Shown here one piece after another: positions 1 through 10,250 of a stretch of DNA of 64,000 nt (its first letter is position 1; each line of letters begins with the position of its first letter). The DNA lies in contig NC_086097.1 in NCBI RefSeq assembly GCF_963921235.1, positions 61,134,001 to 61,198,000 on the forward strand, in the 5' to 3' direction. The position numbers and the translations under genes are program-made. This stretch comes from Mobula hypostoma. Lineage: Eukaryota. Under the pieces are notes generated by a model. That model saw nothing but the letters and a program-made list of their open reading frames with translations, searched no databases and was not told the origin of the DNA.

Positions 1-465
1 GTGGATACTATGTCCAATGCAATGGGGTTGCCAATGCTTTTGATATATTACTGAGAGAAGTACTTGGAGAGACTTTAATGCACACGTTGGTGAACGTTTT
101 TGGAGTTCTTTAATGTTCACTTCCTCAAATCTCTAGCCACCAGGTGTGCTTTTGGTGTAATTCCTGTTGGTGGTACTTTCAGAATGCCCACCCATCTTGT
201 AGATACTATCTTTTGGCCAATGTCTCTGACTTCCTCAAACACTCCATTATTTTTCCAACTACTGATTTCATCCTGTTTTGCAGATTCAGGTGACACCTTC
301 TTAGTTACTAGAACATATTCATCTTGACAATTCTCAGATGGTCCAGCTTGATCTATACTTGGTTCAATATGAAGTCTGTCTACACGTGAAATGTTGTCTG
401 ACCCTGCAGTACCTGTGACCATGCCTGGTTCTAGTCAGTTCAAGTTGTATCAATTTATGTTTCTC

Positions 466-571
466 CTGAACAGTCCTGCCAAAGGGTGTCAGCCCGAAAC
501 TTGGACTGTACATTTATCCATAGATGTTGCCTGGTCTGTTGAGTTCTTCCAGCATTTTGTTTGTGTTGCTT
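466..571 (+). mobile_element. Short Penelope pLTR-derived insertion with a degenerate hammerhead motif, inside the Copia element
   Basis: cagtcctgccaaagggtgtcagcccgaaacttggactg...tgcctggtctgttgagttcttccagcattttgt resembles 6225-6317. It is flanked by the direct repeat tgtttctc (458-465 and 572-579). Confidence 0.65.
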
Positions 572-1459
572 TGTTTCTCTCAGTGGCTTTGCCTGTTCAT
601 CCTAAGACTTCAGCTTTGTATGAGGTAACAGTGTTTTGATCTACAAATCTTACAGTTTGTCCTGTTTTAAGACCAAAACTTTCATGTTGTTCTTGCACTT
701 GTGATGATTTCTGTTCAAGCAGGTCTGTTGAGTCCCCAGCTGCACTCTCTTCAGGACTGCCAGTGTCACTGTTGAGCAATGTTGCTGGGTCCTCATCTGC
801 ACTCTCCTCAGCACTGTCTGTGCTATGTGACACTACCAGGTAAGTGCTTTTCATTTGCTTTGTGTCATTCTCCATGGAGTTCTGATCATCTTCAGTTTGT
901 GCTTTACATAGTCTGGAATGATGCACTCTCACACATATTCCTCCATGTCTCACAAAAGCCACAACTCCATCCTGACCAATGACAACTCCAGGACCTTTCC
1001 ATTCTGGACAGTCTGCTCTTTTATAATACAGTTTGTTCCCTGTCTCATATATCTCATCTGTGGGATGGAGTTATGCCGTCAGTTTTCTTCGAATTCTCTC
1101 GGAACGCTCTGCTTCAATGAAAGCCTTCCTTGATGCACGCAAAGCGGAAGTATGTAGGTGGTCTGTCAATCAGTGCAGAAGGGAAGGTTTGGATTCTGGC
1201 TGAACACAAGTCGATACCGGCTATAACCATGTACATTGTGCATGGTATTCTTTGGCATAAGGGCCCAGTCCAGGGCTCGGTTACAATCACAGCCATTGCT
1301 TTTCTTTACTTTCAGCATTATTTCATTAAGCATTTGATTTTGTCGCACCAGAAGTCCATTGCTCCAAGAATTGTATGCCACTGTTGTTTTTGTTTCAATG
1401 TTAATGTTCTCTGCCATATCTCTGAACTCAAAACAGAATGAAATCTGAATGATGGGCAT

Positions 1460-1638
1460 GTAGAATGCAATGCTGGCAGCGGTGGTGGAAGCAGATACAA
1501 TTGGGTCTTTTATGAGCTCCTTAGATAGGTACATGCTATAGGGGGCTATGAACTAGGGAAATTCTAGGCAGGCTCTTAGAGTAGGTAATATGGTGGGGCC
1601 AAAGGGCCTGTAATGTGTTGTAAACCTCTATATTCTAT
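1460..1638 (+). mobile_element. CR1 LINE 3' end fragment inserted in the Copia integrase
   Basis: Matches the 3' end of the CR1 at 10050-10250 (gcggtggtggaagcagatacaat..gggcctgtaatgtg..ctat tail). Confidence 0.85.
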
Positions 1639-2111
1639 CTTCATCATTATTAAATTTACTACTCATTATTGCTGAAGCCTTTCTGAAGTGGGCCGTGTGC
1701 ACCATGAAGTTTTTTACTATTTCTAAGGCTCTCTTTGTAATTACAATGCTATTGGCACAACAACGTGTGAACTCATCAGTGATGTGGAGATACCACACTC
1801 CTTGCTCCAGTTCATGTAGGCCTACGACTACTATTTCACTGTATTCAGATACTAGTGGCAGACCAACCTCAGTCTTGGGTTTGGACATTCCAAACGTTTG
1901 ACATGCCTGACAGCTGTCAACTAGCTGCTTTACAATGGAAAAAATAGTCTGCATCTTTGTTTTCTGAACTCCTGAGCAGTTTCTGAGTCTATCAGTCGAA
2001 GCATGTCCAATCTGCTTGTGAAGCTTCAGCAACACTTTGCATTTCTCATCGGGGTTATGTTCTTTGTGACAGTTAGTACTTCATTCTCACATTGATTCTC
2101 AGTAATGTCTT

Positions 2112-2303
2112 TGTAATGTATAGATCTATTCCTATTAGAGCAATGACTCTCCTTAGCACTACATGTGATCTGTTGTCTATGCATGCATATTGATCTGTCG
2201 CCTGCGATGGTACGTTGTTCACTCTCCCTCTCTTGCTGCAATGTGAATACACCAGTTTAAACCATCTCCTGCATGAAGGCCTTTATTTAATTGATACACA
2301 ACA
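2112..2303 (+). repeat. 5' LTR of the Gypsy element
   Basis: Diverged direct repeat of 6517-6688, with TG...CA termini. Confidence 0.9.
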
Positions 2304-4780
2304 AATTGGAAACAAGTACAGACCTGAATGTCAGAGAATAGCTGCAACGGCACCAACAGTTATGCAACAAAACAGTGAGAGGAAAGAGTTAAATAGTCCG
2401 GAGTAGGCCATCACAGATGCTAAAAAAGGCACATGTGAGTAACTGCATAGTGCACAGTGAAAGATGCACAATTAGCAAAGTTAAAGTGAAAATAACCTAG
2501 CAATAGCTTTAGTCGAGAAAGTTGATAAATTTGACCGTACTACTGAAGGCGGAGAGTCATATACTGTTAGAGTTGAACTGTATTGTAATGTGAACAACCT
2601 GGATGAGCAAAAGAAAGCCCCCACACTTCTTAGCACACTGGGTGCTAGGACACAGTCTCTTATGCAACCTAGTAACTCCTGAAAAACCAGCCAGCAAGAT
2701 GATCAACAAAATTGCTACAATTTTACAAAATCATTGGGTCCCTAATCTGCTGGTAATAGCTGAGAGATTTAGATTTTACAAAAGGAACCTGTCAAAGGCT
2801 GAATGCATTTCTGAGTACATTGCAGAACTGCACAAACTTTCCCAGTACTGTGACTTTAGAGGTGGACTTCCTGGTGCACTAAGGGTCAGACTTGTATGTG
2901 GCATGCATAGTTGAAGCAAACAGAATAGGATACTGTCAGAAAAAGACCTAACCTTAGAATGGACATTGTCCATTTCAATATCATTGGAGACTGCAGCCAA
3001 GATGCAGCAGAACTACAGAAAGGTTTAGAATGTGAAATACACAAAATTGTCCTGAATGGTGCAAAATGCCAAAGATGTTATGCATGTGGCAAATCGTCCC
3101 ATGATGCAATTAACTGCTGGTTCAAAGAAAAAGTCTGCAGGAAGTGCCACAGACTAGGTCACATAGAGAGAATAGGCAAGTCAGACAAAAAGCACAACCA
3201 AAGGGAAAAAACACACTGAGTGAAAAAGCTTCACACACAACACTAAGCAAATGCACAAAGTGACCGAATGCGAAACAGACAACACAGTGTATGGCAAGCA
3301 TGAACTGTTGTGGCAAGAACTGCATAGTATTACTGAAGCAGATCACAAAATCATCTGGGTTGCAATAGATGTGTCTGGTGCAAAACTGAAAATGGAGCTG
3401 GTTACAGGGTCAGCTTTGTCTATAATATCAGACACTGACTACAACAGACTGCTTTCTAAGATATTATTAAAGAAGACCTCAGTGACGCTAAAGACTTACA
3501 CCGGCGGAAAAAAAAAGTGTCTCCCAAAGACAGACTGAAAGTGAATGTGATGTATGGAGGCCAAACACTGCAGTGAGAACTTTATTTATTGAAAAGTGGA
3601 GGTCCAGTAGTTTTTGGATGTGAATGGTTGAGAAAAATACAACTAGACTGGCATTTAGTCAAAGGTCTCGAATGGGCATCACCAGGCAACTGCAGCCCAA
3701 ATGGTAGGACTAACCAAAGGCTGTCACAGCTACTTAATGCTAATGAGAAGGTGTTTGAGAAGGGTATTGGTAAACTCAAAGGCACGAAGGCCAGAGTTGA
3801 ACTGAATGAAGCAGCAACACCAAAATTCCATAAAGTGCGTCCAATACCTTACGCACTATGTCCTAACGTGGATGCTGGACTTCAGAAATTCTCTCTCCAA
3901 GGTTGAGTGGAGGAATTGGGCCATGCCCGTTGTCCCAATGATCAAGAAAGGGAAGGCCAGAGCCATTCGCATATGTGGGGAATTCAAAGTGAGCACCAAC
4001 CCAATGCTGCTTACTGTGCAGTATCCCCTGCCATGAATAGAAGACATTTTGCTTCTTTGGCAGGCAGAGAATGTTTTTCAAAGATTGACTTGTCACAAGC
4101 CTATCTGCAAATGGAGATTGAGGTGTCAAGCATGAAGATCCGTACTCACAAGGGACTGTTCCATTATAATCATCTTGTCTTTGGTTTCACATCGTCTCCA
4201 GCAATTTGGCAAAGAGCAATGACCAAGCGCTCCAAGACATCCCATGAACACAAAGTCACATTGATGGCATCATTGTGACCAGCAAGGATGATGAAGTGCA
4301 CCGCCAGAGCCTTGGTAAAGTGCTTACCAGGCTGAGTAAGTATAGCCTGCGTGCAAAGAGAGAGAAATGTGAGTTTTTCAAGAATGTAAAGGCTGGACAG
4401 GATGTCCTTGCACATGATTTCTGAGAAGACAAGTGGATACCCAGTAGGATAGCTACAAGAACTGGACCACCGATGTACACAGTGGATTTTGGAGATCACA
4501 CATGGAGACATCATGTGGACCAGATATTGGATACTGAACCAAAGAACATACCTGAATTGATAGTATCCAACAAGATAGACACATTACAATCACCGAACTT
4601 ACCTCTCTGAGATGATCATGTTACTGACAGTGATATGACACTGGCAACTAAAGATGTTGTCTTATTCAAGACACCTACCAAATCTTAAACACAAAATAAT
4701 CTTCAGATGCTGTTGTCAAAGGAACACTCACAATGCACTGGAGGAACTCAGCAGGTCAGTCAGCATCAGTTGAAAAGATT

Positions 4781-4816
4781 AGTCAACGTTTCGGGCCGAA
4801 ACCCTTCGTCAGGACT
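4781..4816 (-). ncRNA. Minimal type I hammerhead ribozyme motif (Penelope pLTR)
   Basis: Exact reverse complement of 6226-6261. Confidence 0.8.
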
Positions 4817-5062
4817 GAAGGAAGAACTTTGGGGAGGGTTTGAAGAATGCTGGTAGTTCAAAACAACAGCAATTTGAAAGACAAAGGGGTGGGGGAGGGG
4901 AAGCAGGGAGGTGATTGGCAGGAGAACAATGCGCAGTAGTAGAAAGGGGCGGAACTATGAGGAAGGTGATGTGAAATAGGGATAGAGGAAGGGAGGGGGA
5001 GGGAATTACCGGAAGTTGGAGAATTTTATGTTCATACCAAGGGGCTGGAGACTACCTAGACG

Positions 5063-5878
5063 CTATATGAGGTGTTGCTCCTCCAACTTGAGTTTAGCCT
5101 CATCGTGGCAGTAGAGGAGGCCATGTATGGACATATCTGAATGGGAATAGGAAGCAGAGTTGAAGTGTATGGCTACCGGGAGATCCTGTCTGTTGTGGTG
5201 GACGGAGTGGAGGTGCTCAACGAAGCGGTCCGCCAATCTGAGTCGGGTTTCACTGATGTAGAGGAGGCCGCACCGGGAGCACCGGATGCAATAGATGACC
5301 CCAACAGGTTTGCAAGTGAAGTGTTGCCTCACATGGAATGACTGTTTGGGGCCCTGAATGGTGGCAAGAGAGGAGGTGTAGGGACAGGTGTAGCACTTAC
5401 GTTTACAGGGATAAGTGCCGGGTGGGAGATCCGTGGGGATGGATGTGCGGATAAGTGAGTCACGGAGGGATCGATCCCTGTGGAAAGCAGAGGGGGGTGG
5501 AGAGGGAAAGATGTGCTTAGTGGTGGGGTCCTGTTGAAGGTGGCGGAAGTTGCGGAGGATAATGTGCTGGATCCGGAGGCTGGTGGGGTGGTAGGTGAGG
5601 AAAAGGGGAACTCTGTCCCTGTTGTGGTGGCGGGAAGATGGGGTGAGGGCCAAAGTGCGGGAAATGGAGGAGATGCGGGTGAGGGCATCATTGATCACAG
5701 TAGAAGGGAAACCACGATCCTTAAAGAAAGAGGACATTTGAGATGTCCTGGAACGGAAAGCCTCATCCTGGGAGCAGATGTGGCAGAGACGGAGGAACTG
5801 GGAATACAGAATGGCATTTTTGCATGTGGCGGGGTGGGAAGAGGTATAGTCGAGGTAGTTATGAGAGTCAGTGGGCTT
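5063..5878 (-). pseudogene. Penelope-like RT C-terminus plus GIY-YIG endonuclease, 5'-truncated open frame
   Basis: 283-aa ORF in the track. Its first about 12 residues derive from the inverted segment and are not genuine. Confidence 0.88.
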
Positions 5879-6225
5879 CAAGTCTGCTTCCCATTCCCAT
5901 TCAGATATGTCCATACGTGGCCTCCTCTACTGCCATGATGAAGCTAAACTCAAGTTGGAGGAGCAACACCTCATATAGCGTCTAGGTAGTCTCCAGCCCC
6001 TTGGTATGAACATAAAATTCTCCAACTTCCGGTAATTCCCTCCCCCTCCCTTCCTCTATCCCTATTTCACATCACCTTCCTCATAGTTCCGCCCCTTTCT
6101 ACTACTGCGCATTGTTCTCCTGCCAATCACCTCCCTGCTTCCCCTCCCCCACCCCTTTGTCTTTGAAATTACTGTTTTTTTTCAACTACCAGCATTCTTC
6201 AAACCCTCCCCAAAGTTCTTCCTTC

Positions 6226-6261
6226 AGTCCTGACGAAGGGTTTCGGCCCGAAACGTTGACT
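6226..6261 (+). ncRNA. Minimal type I hammerhead ribozyme motif (Penelope pLTR)
   Basis: agtc-CTGACGA-aggg-tttcgg-ccc-GAAA-cgtt-gact. It has the core CUGANGA and GAAA, stem II ggg/ccc, stem I agtc/gact and a palindromic AACGTT stem III. Confidence 0.8.
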
Positions 6262-6516
6262 AATCTTTTCAACTGATGCTGACTGACCTGCGGAGTTCCT
6301 CCAGTGCATTGTGAGTGGTCCAGCTACCAACTCTGATGCCACTCCATAGCTTCAGAGGTGCTATCCTGAAAGGAAAACAGCGCCATCCAAAAGACTGAAA
6401 CTTTAGGAGAGTGAGGTTAGTTATGGACTGTTTATTTGAATATGGTTTGTGAAAGGCAAATTGAATGTTCTGTAGATGTACTATTTAATATTACATTAAC
6501 CTAAAGGGGGAGGAAG

Positions 6517-6688
6517 TGTAATGTATGGATCTATTTATTTTAGAACAATGATTTCCCTTAGCACTACATGTGATCTGTTGTCTACACATGCACATTGTTG
6601 TCTCTCTCTCTCGCTGCAACGTGAATACACCAGTTTAAGCCATCTCCCATATGCAATTTAATCGATATGTAGTTGCACAGACACAACA
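6517..6688 (+). repeat. 3' LTR of the Gypsy element
   Basis: Preceded by the PPT and followed by TSD GTCTT. Confidence 0.9.
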
Positions 6689-7699
6689 GTCTTTATCTAG
6701 AACGTCCATACAGTAACATCCAGAACAGGTGAGTTCAAGAGAGACCAGCTGTTGCAGTACCATTGCTTGGTCCTTCTCCATATCCTGTACTGTTCCTGCC
6801 ATCTTTAGGGAAGTTTTGCTTAAGAGTAGTGGAATGTTCACTGGTACCACCTCCGTTTCAATGTAACGATTTGTATGCCTTATTATTGCGGGAATTTTCA
6901 CTTTTAGTAGAATATACAATCCTTCTATCTCCAACTTCGAATGCTTCGTTACTGTGTGTATCTGTGTACACCAGTTCCTGCACTTCATTCTGGTTTAGTT
7001 CGCTTACACATCTTTCAAGCCTTTTTTCTCCACACACTGCACATGCGTGCTGTATCAATAACCAGCAGTTCCTAGAAATTCTATCACCAAGATCACTGCA
7101 TTGGATGTCTGCATTAGTAAGTGATTCCTTCACAAACAATGTTTTATGGTACTCTTCTACATCTTCAGGTTTGTTATTCTCTTCAGTTTGCCTAACTTGT
7201 TCAGTTCTATGCTGTCAGTTTCTTGCCCAACCATACATTTGAACCTCCTGCCATACTTGCTTAGTGGATTTGTGCCAGGTAACGGTACCCTCGGCTGGTC
7301 ACTCTGGGACCTACGCTTGCTGCACTCTCATTTCTGCTCAGTGAAGTATGTTTGTTGAATCAAACTAATTCCAACTGTCGTCCTGCTAGCTTTTTCTCCA
7401 AAATTCTTCTTCAATGCGATTTCACAGATACAAATGTAAGTTCTGTACATGCAGTTAATGCTAGCTGTCTGTCTTTTATGTATAGACATGCAGTATCCAA
7501 CAATTTAAAAGCTAATACTGTGTCAGGAAGTTCCATTTTGTATTTATACATGTGACTGCACTTTTGTTCAAAATCAATAATATAATCCAGCCATATTTCT
7601 ACAACTGTCTCTGGACATTTTGTCGAAGTCTGAATATGCTACATAAATCCACTCCTTTTCTTCCTGCAGAAAACTAAGTCAAGTGCATTTATTAGCATA

Positions 7700-8590
7700 G
7701 TCATAGAAACATAGAAAACCTATAGCACAATACTGGCCCTTCAGCCCACAAAGCTGTGCCAAACATGTCTTACCTTAGAACTAGCTAGGCTTCTCCATAG
7801 CCCTGTATTTTTCTAAGCTGCATGTACCTCTCGAGGAGTCTCTTAGAAGACCCTATTGCTTCCGCCTCCACCACCACCGCTGACAACCTATTTCATGCAC
7901 TCACCATTCTCTGCGTAAAAAACTTACCCCTGACATCTCCACTGTACCTACTTCCAAGCACCTTAAAACTATGCCCTCTCTTGCTAACCATTTCACCTCT
8001 GGGAAAAAGCCCCTGACTATCCACATGATCAATACCTCTCATCATCTTATACACGTCTATCAGGTCACCTCTCATCCTCCGTCACTCCAAGGAGAAAAAC
8101 CGAGTTCACTCATGCTATTTTCATAAGGCATGCTCCCCAATCCAGGCAAGATTCTTGTAAATCTCCTTTGCACGCTTTCTATGGTTTCCACGTCCTTCCT
8201 GTAGTGAGGCGACTAGAACTGAGCACAATGCTCCAAGTGGGGTCTGATCAGGATCCTATACAGCTGCAACATTACCTCTCGGCTCTTAAACTCAATCACA
8301 CGGTTGATGAAAGCCAATGCACCATATGCCTTCTTAACCACACAGTCAACCTGCGTAGCAGCTTTGAGCATCCTATGGACTCGGACCCCAAGATCCCTCT
8401 GATCCTCCACACTGCCAAGAGTCTTCCCATTAATGCTATATTCTGCCATCAAGGTCGACCTTCCAAAATGAACCGCCTCACGCTTATGTGGGTTGAACTC
8501 CATCTGCTACTTCTCAGCCCAGTTTTGTATCCTATCAATGTCCCACTGTAACCTCTGATAGCCCTCCACAATATCCACAACACCCCCAAC
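7700..8590 (-). mobile_element. CR1 LINE, 5'-truncated, inserted in the Copia gag
   Basis: ORFs MEFNP..HFGR..RDLGV..LIRPHLEHCAQF and RGDLIDVYK; tail (tctatgtt)n on the minus strand. Confidence 0.93.
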
Positions 8591-8876
8591 CATCATCTTC
8601 ACCGAAATTCCCATTCTTCGCTCTTTCACTCTTCCCAAAAGTGACAGTATAACTGTAAGGGCTTGCTTCTTCTTTTTGAGCTCTATATTCAGTACACAAA
8701 GGCTCCCATTTTCTTACCCTTAATACGCTTACCTTCTCCCCTCGCATGCATGCCTTTAACAGGGAAAGTGCACATCCAGACTAAATGCTTACATTGCCTA
8801 ATTGATGATCAACACCATCATCAATTCTGCAATCTTTTCATCATTTGCAAACTTGCTGATCATGCTGATCTGTGAG

Positions 8877-10250
8877 GCTTATTTCAGTGGTTGGTAAGTT
8901 GATGGAGAAGATCCTGAGAATCAGGATTTATGAACATTTGGAGAGGCATAATATGATCAGGAATAGTCAGCATGGCTTTGTCAAGGGAAGGTCATCCCTT
9001 ACGAGCCTGATTAAACTTTTGAGGACATGACTAAACACATTGATGAAGGTAGAGCAGTGGATGTAGTGTATATAGATTTCAGCAAGGCATTTGATAAGGT
9101 ACCCCATGCAAGGCTTATTGAGAAAGTAAGGAGGCATGGGATCCAAGGGGACGTTGCTTTGTGGATCCAGAACTGGCTTGCCCACAAAAGGCAAAGAGTG
9201 GTTGTAGACAGGTCATATTCTGCATGAAGGTTGTTGACCAGTGGTGTGCCTCGGGGATATGTTCTGGGACCCCCTCCTCTTTGTGATTTTTATAAATGAC
9301 CTGGATGAGGAAGTGGAGGGATGGGTTAGTAAACTTGCTGATGACACAAAGGTTGGGGATGTTGTGGATGGTATAGAGGGCTGTCAGAGGTTACAGCAGG
9401 ACATTGATAGGATGCAAAACTGGGCTGAGAAGTGACAGATGGAGTTCAACACAGATAAGTGTGAGGTTGTTCATTTTGGCGGGTCAAATATGATGGCAGA
9501 ATATAGTATTAATGGTAAGACTCTTGGCAGTGTGGAGGATCAGAGGGATCTTGGGGTCCGAGTCCATAGGACACTCAAAGCTGCTGCGCAGGTTGGCCCT
9601 GTGGTTAAGAATGCATATGGTGCATTGGCCTTCATCAACCGTGGAAATCAGTTCAAGAGCCGAGAGGTAATGTTACAGCTGTATAGGATCCTGGTCAGTT
9701 CCCACTTGGAGTACTGTGCTCAGTTCTGATCACTTCACTACAGGAAGGATGTGGAAGCTTTAGAAAAGGTGCAGAGGAGATTTATAAGGATGTTGACTGG
9801 ATTGGGAAGCATGCCTTATGAGAATAGATTGAGTGAACTCGGCCTTTTCTCTTTGGAGCGATGGAGGATAAGAGGTGACCTGATGGAGGTGTATAAGATG
9901 ATGAGAGGCATTGATCATGTGGATAGTCAGAGGCTTTTTCCCAGAGCTGAAATGGCTAACTCAAGAGGCCACTGATTGAAGGTGCTTGGAAGTAGGTGCA
10001 GAGGAGATGTCAGGGGTATGTTTTTATGAAGAGAGTGGTGAGTGCATGGAATGGGCTGCCGGCGACGGTGGTGGAGACGGATACAATAGGCTCTTTTAAG
10101 AAACTCCTGGATCGGTACATGGAGCTTAAGAAAATAGAAGGCTATAGGTAACCCTAGGTAATTTCTAAAGTAAGTACATGTTCGGCACAGCATTGTGGGC
10201 TGAAGGGCCTGTATTGTGCTGAAGGTTTTCTATGGTTCTACCTTTCTATG
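8877..10250 (+). mobile_element. CR1 LINE, 5'-truncated (RT and 3' UTR)
   Basis: VYIDFSKAFDKVPH, KLADDTK, HLEYCAQF and RGDL motifs; ttctat-type tail. Confidence 0.95.

Larger units (their letters stand above)
4725..6317 (-). mobile_element. 5'-truncated Penelope-like element (GIY-YIG, Neptune-like) with an inverted pLTR copy
   Basis: ORF 5063-5914 has the RT C-terminus (KPTDSHNYLDYTSSHP..KNAI.YSQFLR) and GIY-YIG endonuclease (VIYCIRCSRCGLLYISET.RL..RF.EH). 4725-5165 is a near-perfect inverted copy of 5876-6317. Confidence 0.93.
2112..6688 (+). mobile_element. Ty3/Gypsy LTR retrotransposon (Mag-like, internally deleted) with both LTRs and a 5-bp TSD
   Basis: LTRs at 2112-2303 and 6517-6688 (TGTAATG...ACAACA). 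TSD GTCTT at 2107-2111 and 6689-6693. PPT aaagggggaggaag at 6503-6516. Gag has two CCHC-like knuckles (ORF 2959-3219). Protease MELVTGSALSII. RT motifs: IRICGEFK, FSKIDLSQAYLQ, THKGLFHYNHLVFG. RT jumps near 4390 directly to the integrase C-terminus (KWIP..RTGPPMYTV..RHHVDQI), so RNase H and the integrase core are deleted. Confidence 0.93.
1..8740 (-). mobile_element. Decayed Ty1/Copia LTR retrotransposon internal region (gag-PR-IN-RT order, probably GalEa-like), interrupted by several insertions and running off the window start
   Basis: Minus-strand fragments occur in Copia order. Gag: KKQALTVILSL near 8660, KMELPDTVLAFKLLDTA near 7500-7545. Protease region: IPLLLSKTSLKMAGT (ORF 6635-6988). 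Integrase zinc finger: LHKQIGHAS..CQAC (1628-2035). Integrase core: WSNGL..QN, ALDWAL..KN..HGYS.Y.LVF..NPNLP (1166-1450). Then the start of RVT_2-type RT: AK.DEI.SWK..GVFEEV.D.GQKIVSTRWV..K..PKAHLVAR (117-422). Integrase upstream of RT is diagnostic of Copia. Confidence 0.85.

Noticed and set aside
5329..5985. Overlapping ORFs of 80-152 aa (Pro-rich or Gly-rich)
   Set aside because: Alternative or antisense frames of the GC-rich Penelope ORF; no independent evidence.
4725..6317. DNA transposon with long TIRs
   Set aside because: The internal ORF is Penelope RT/GIY-YIG, and the repeat includes coding sequence, so it is an inverted pLTR and not a TIR.
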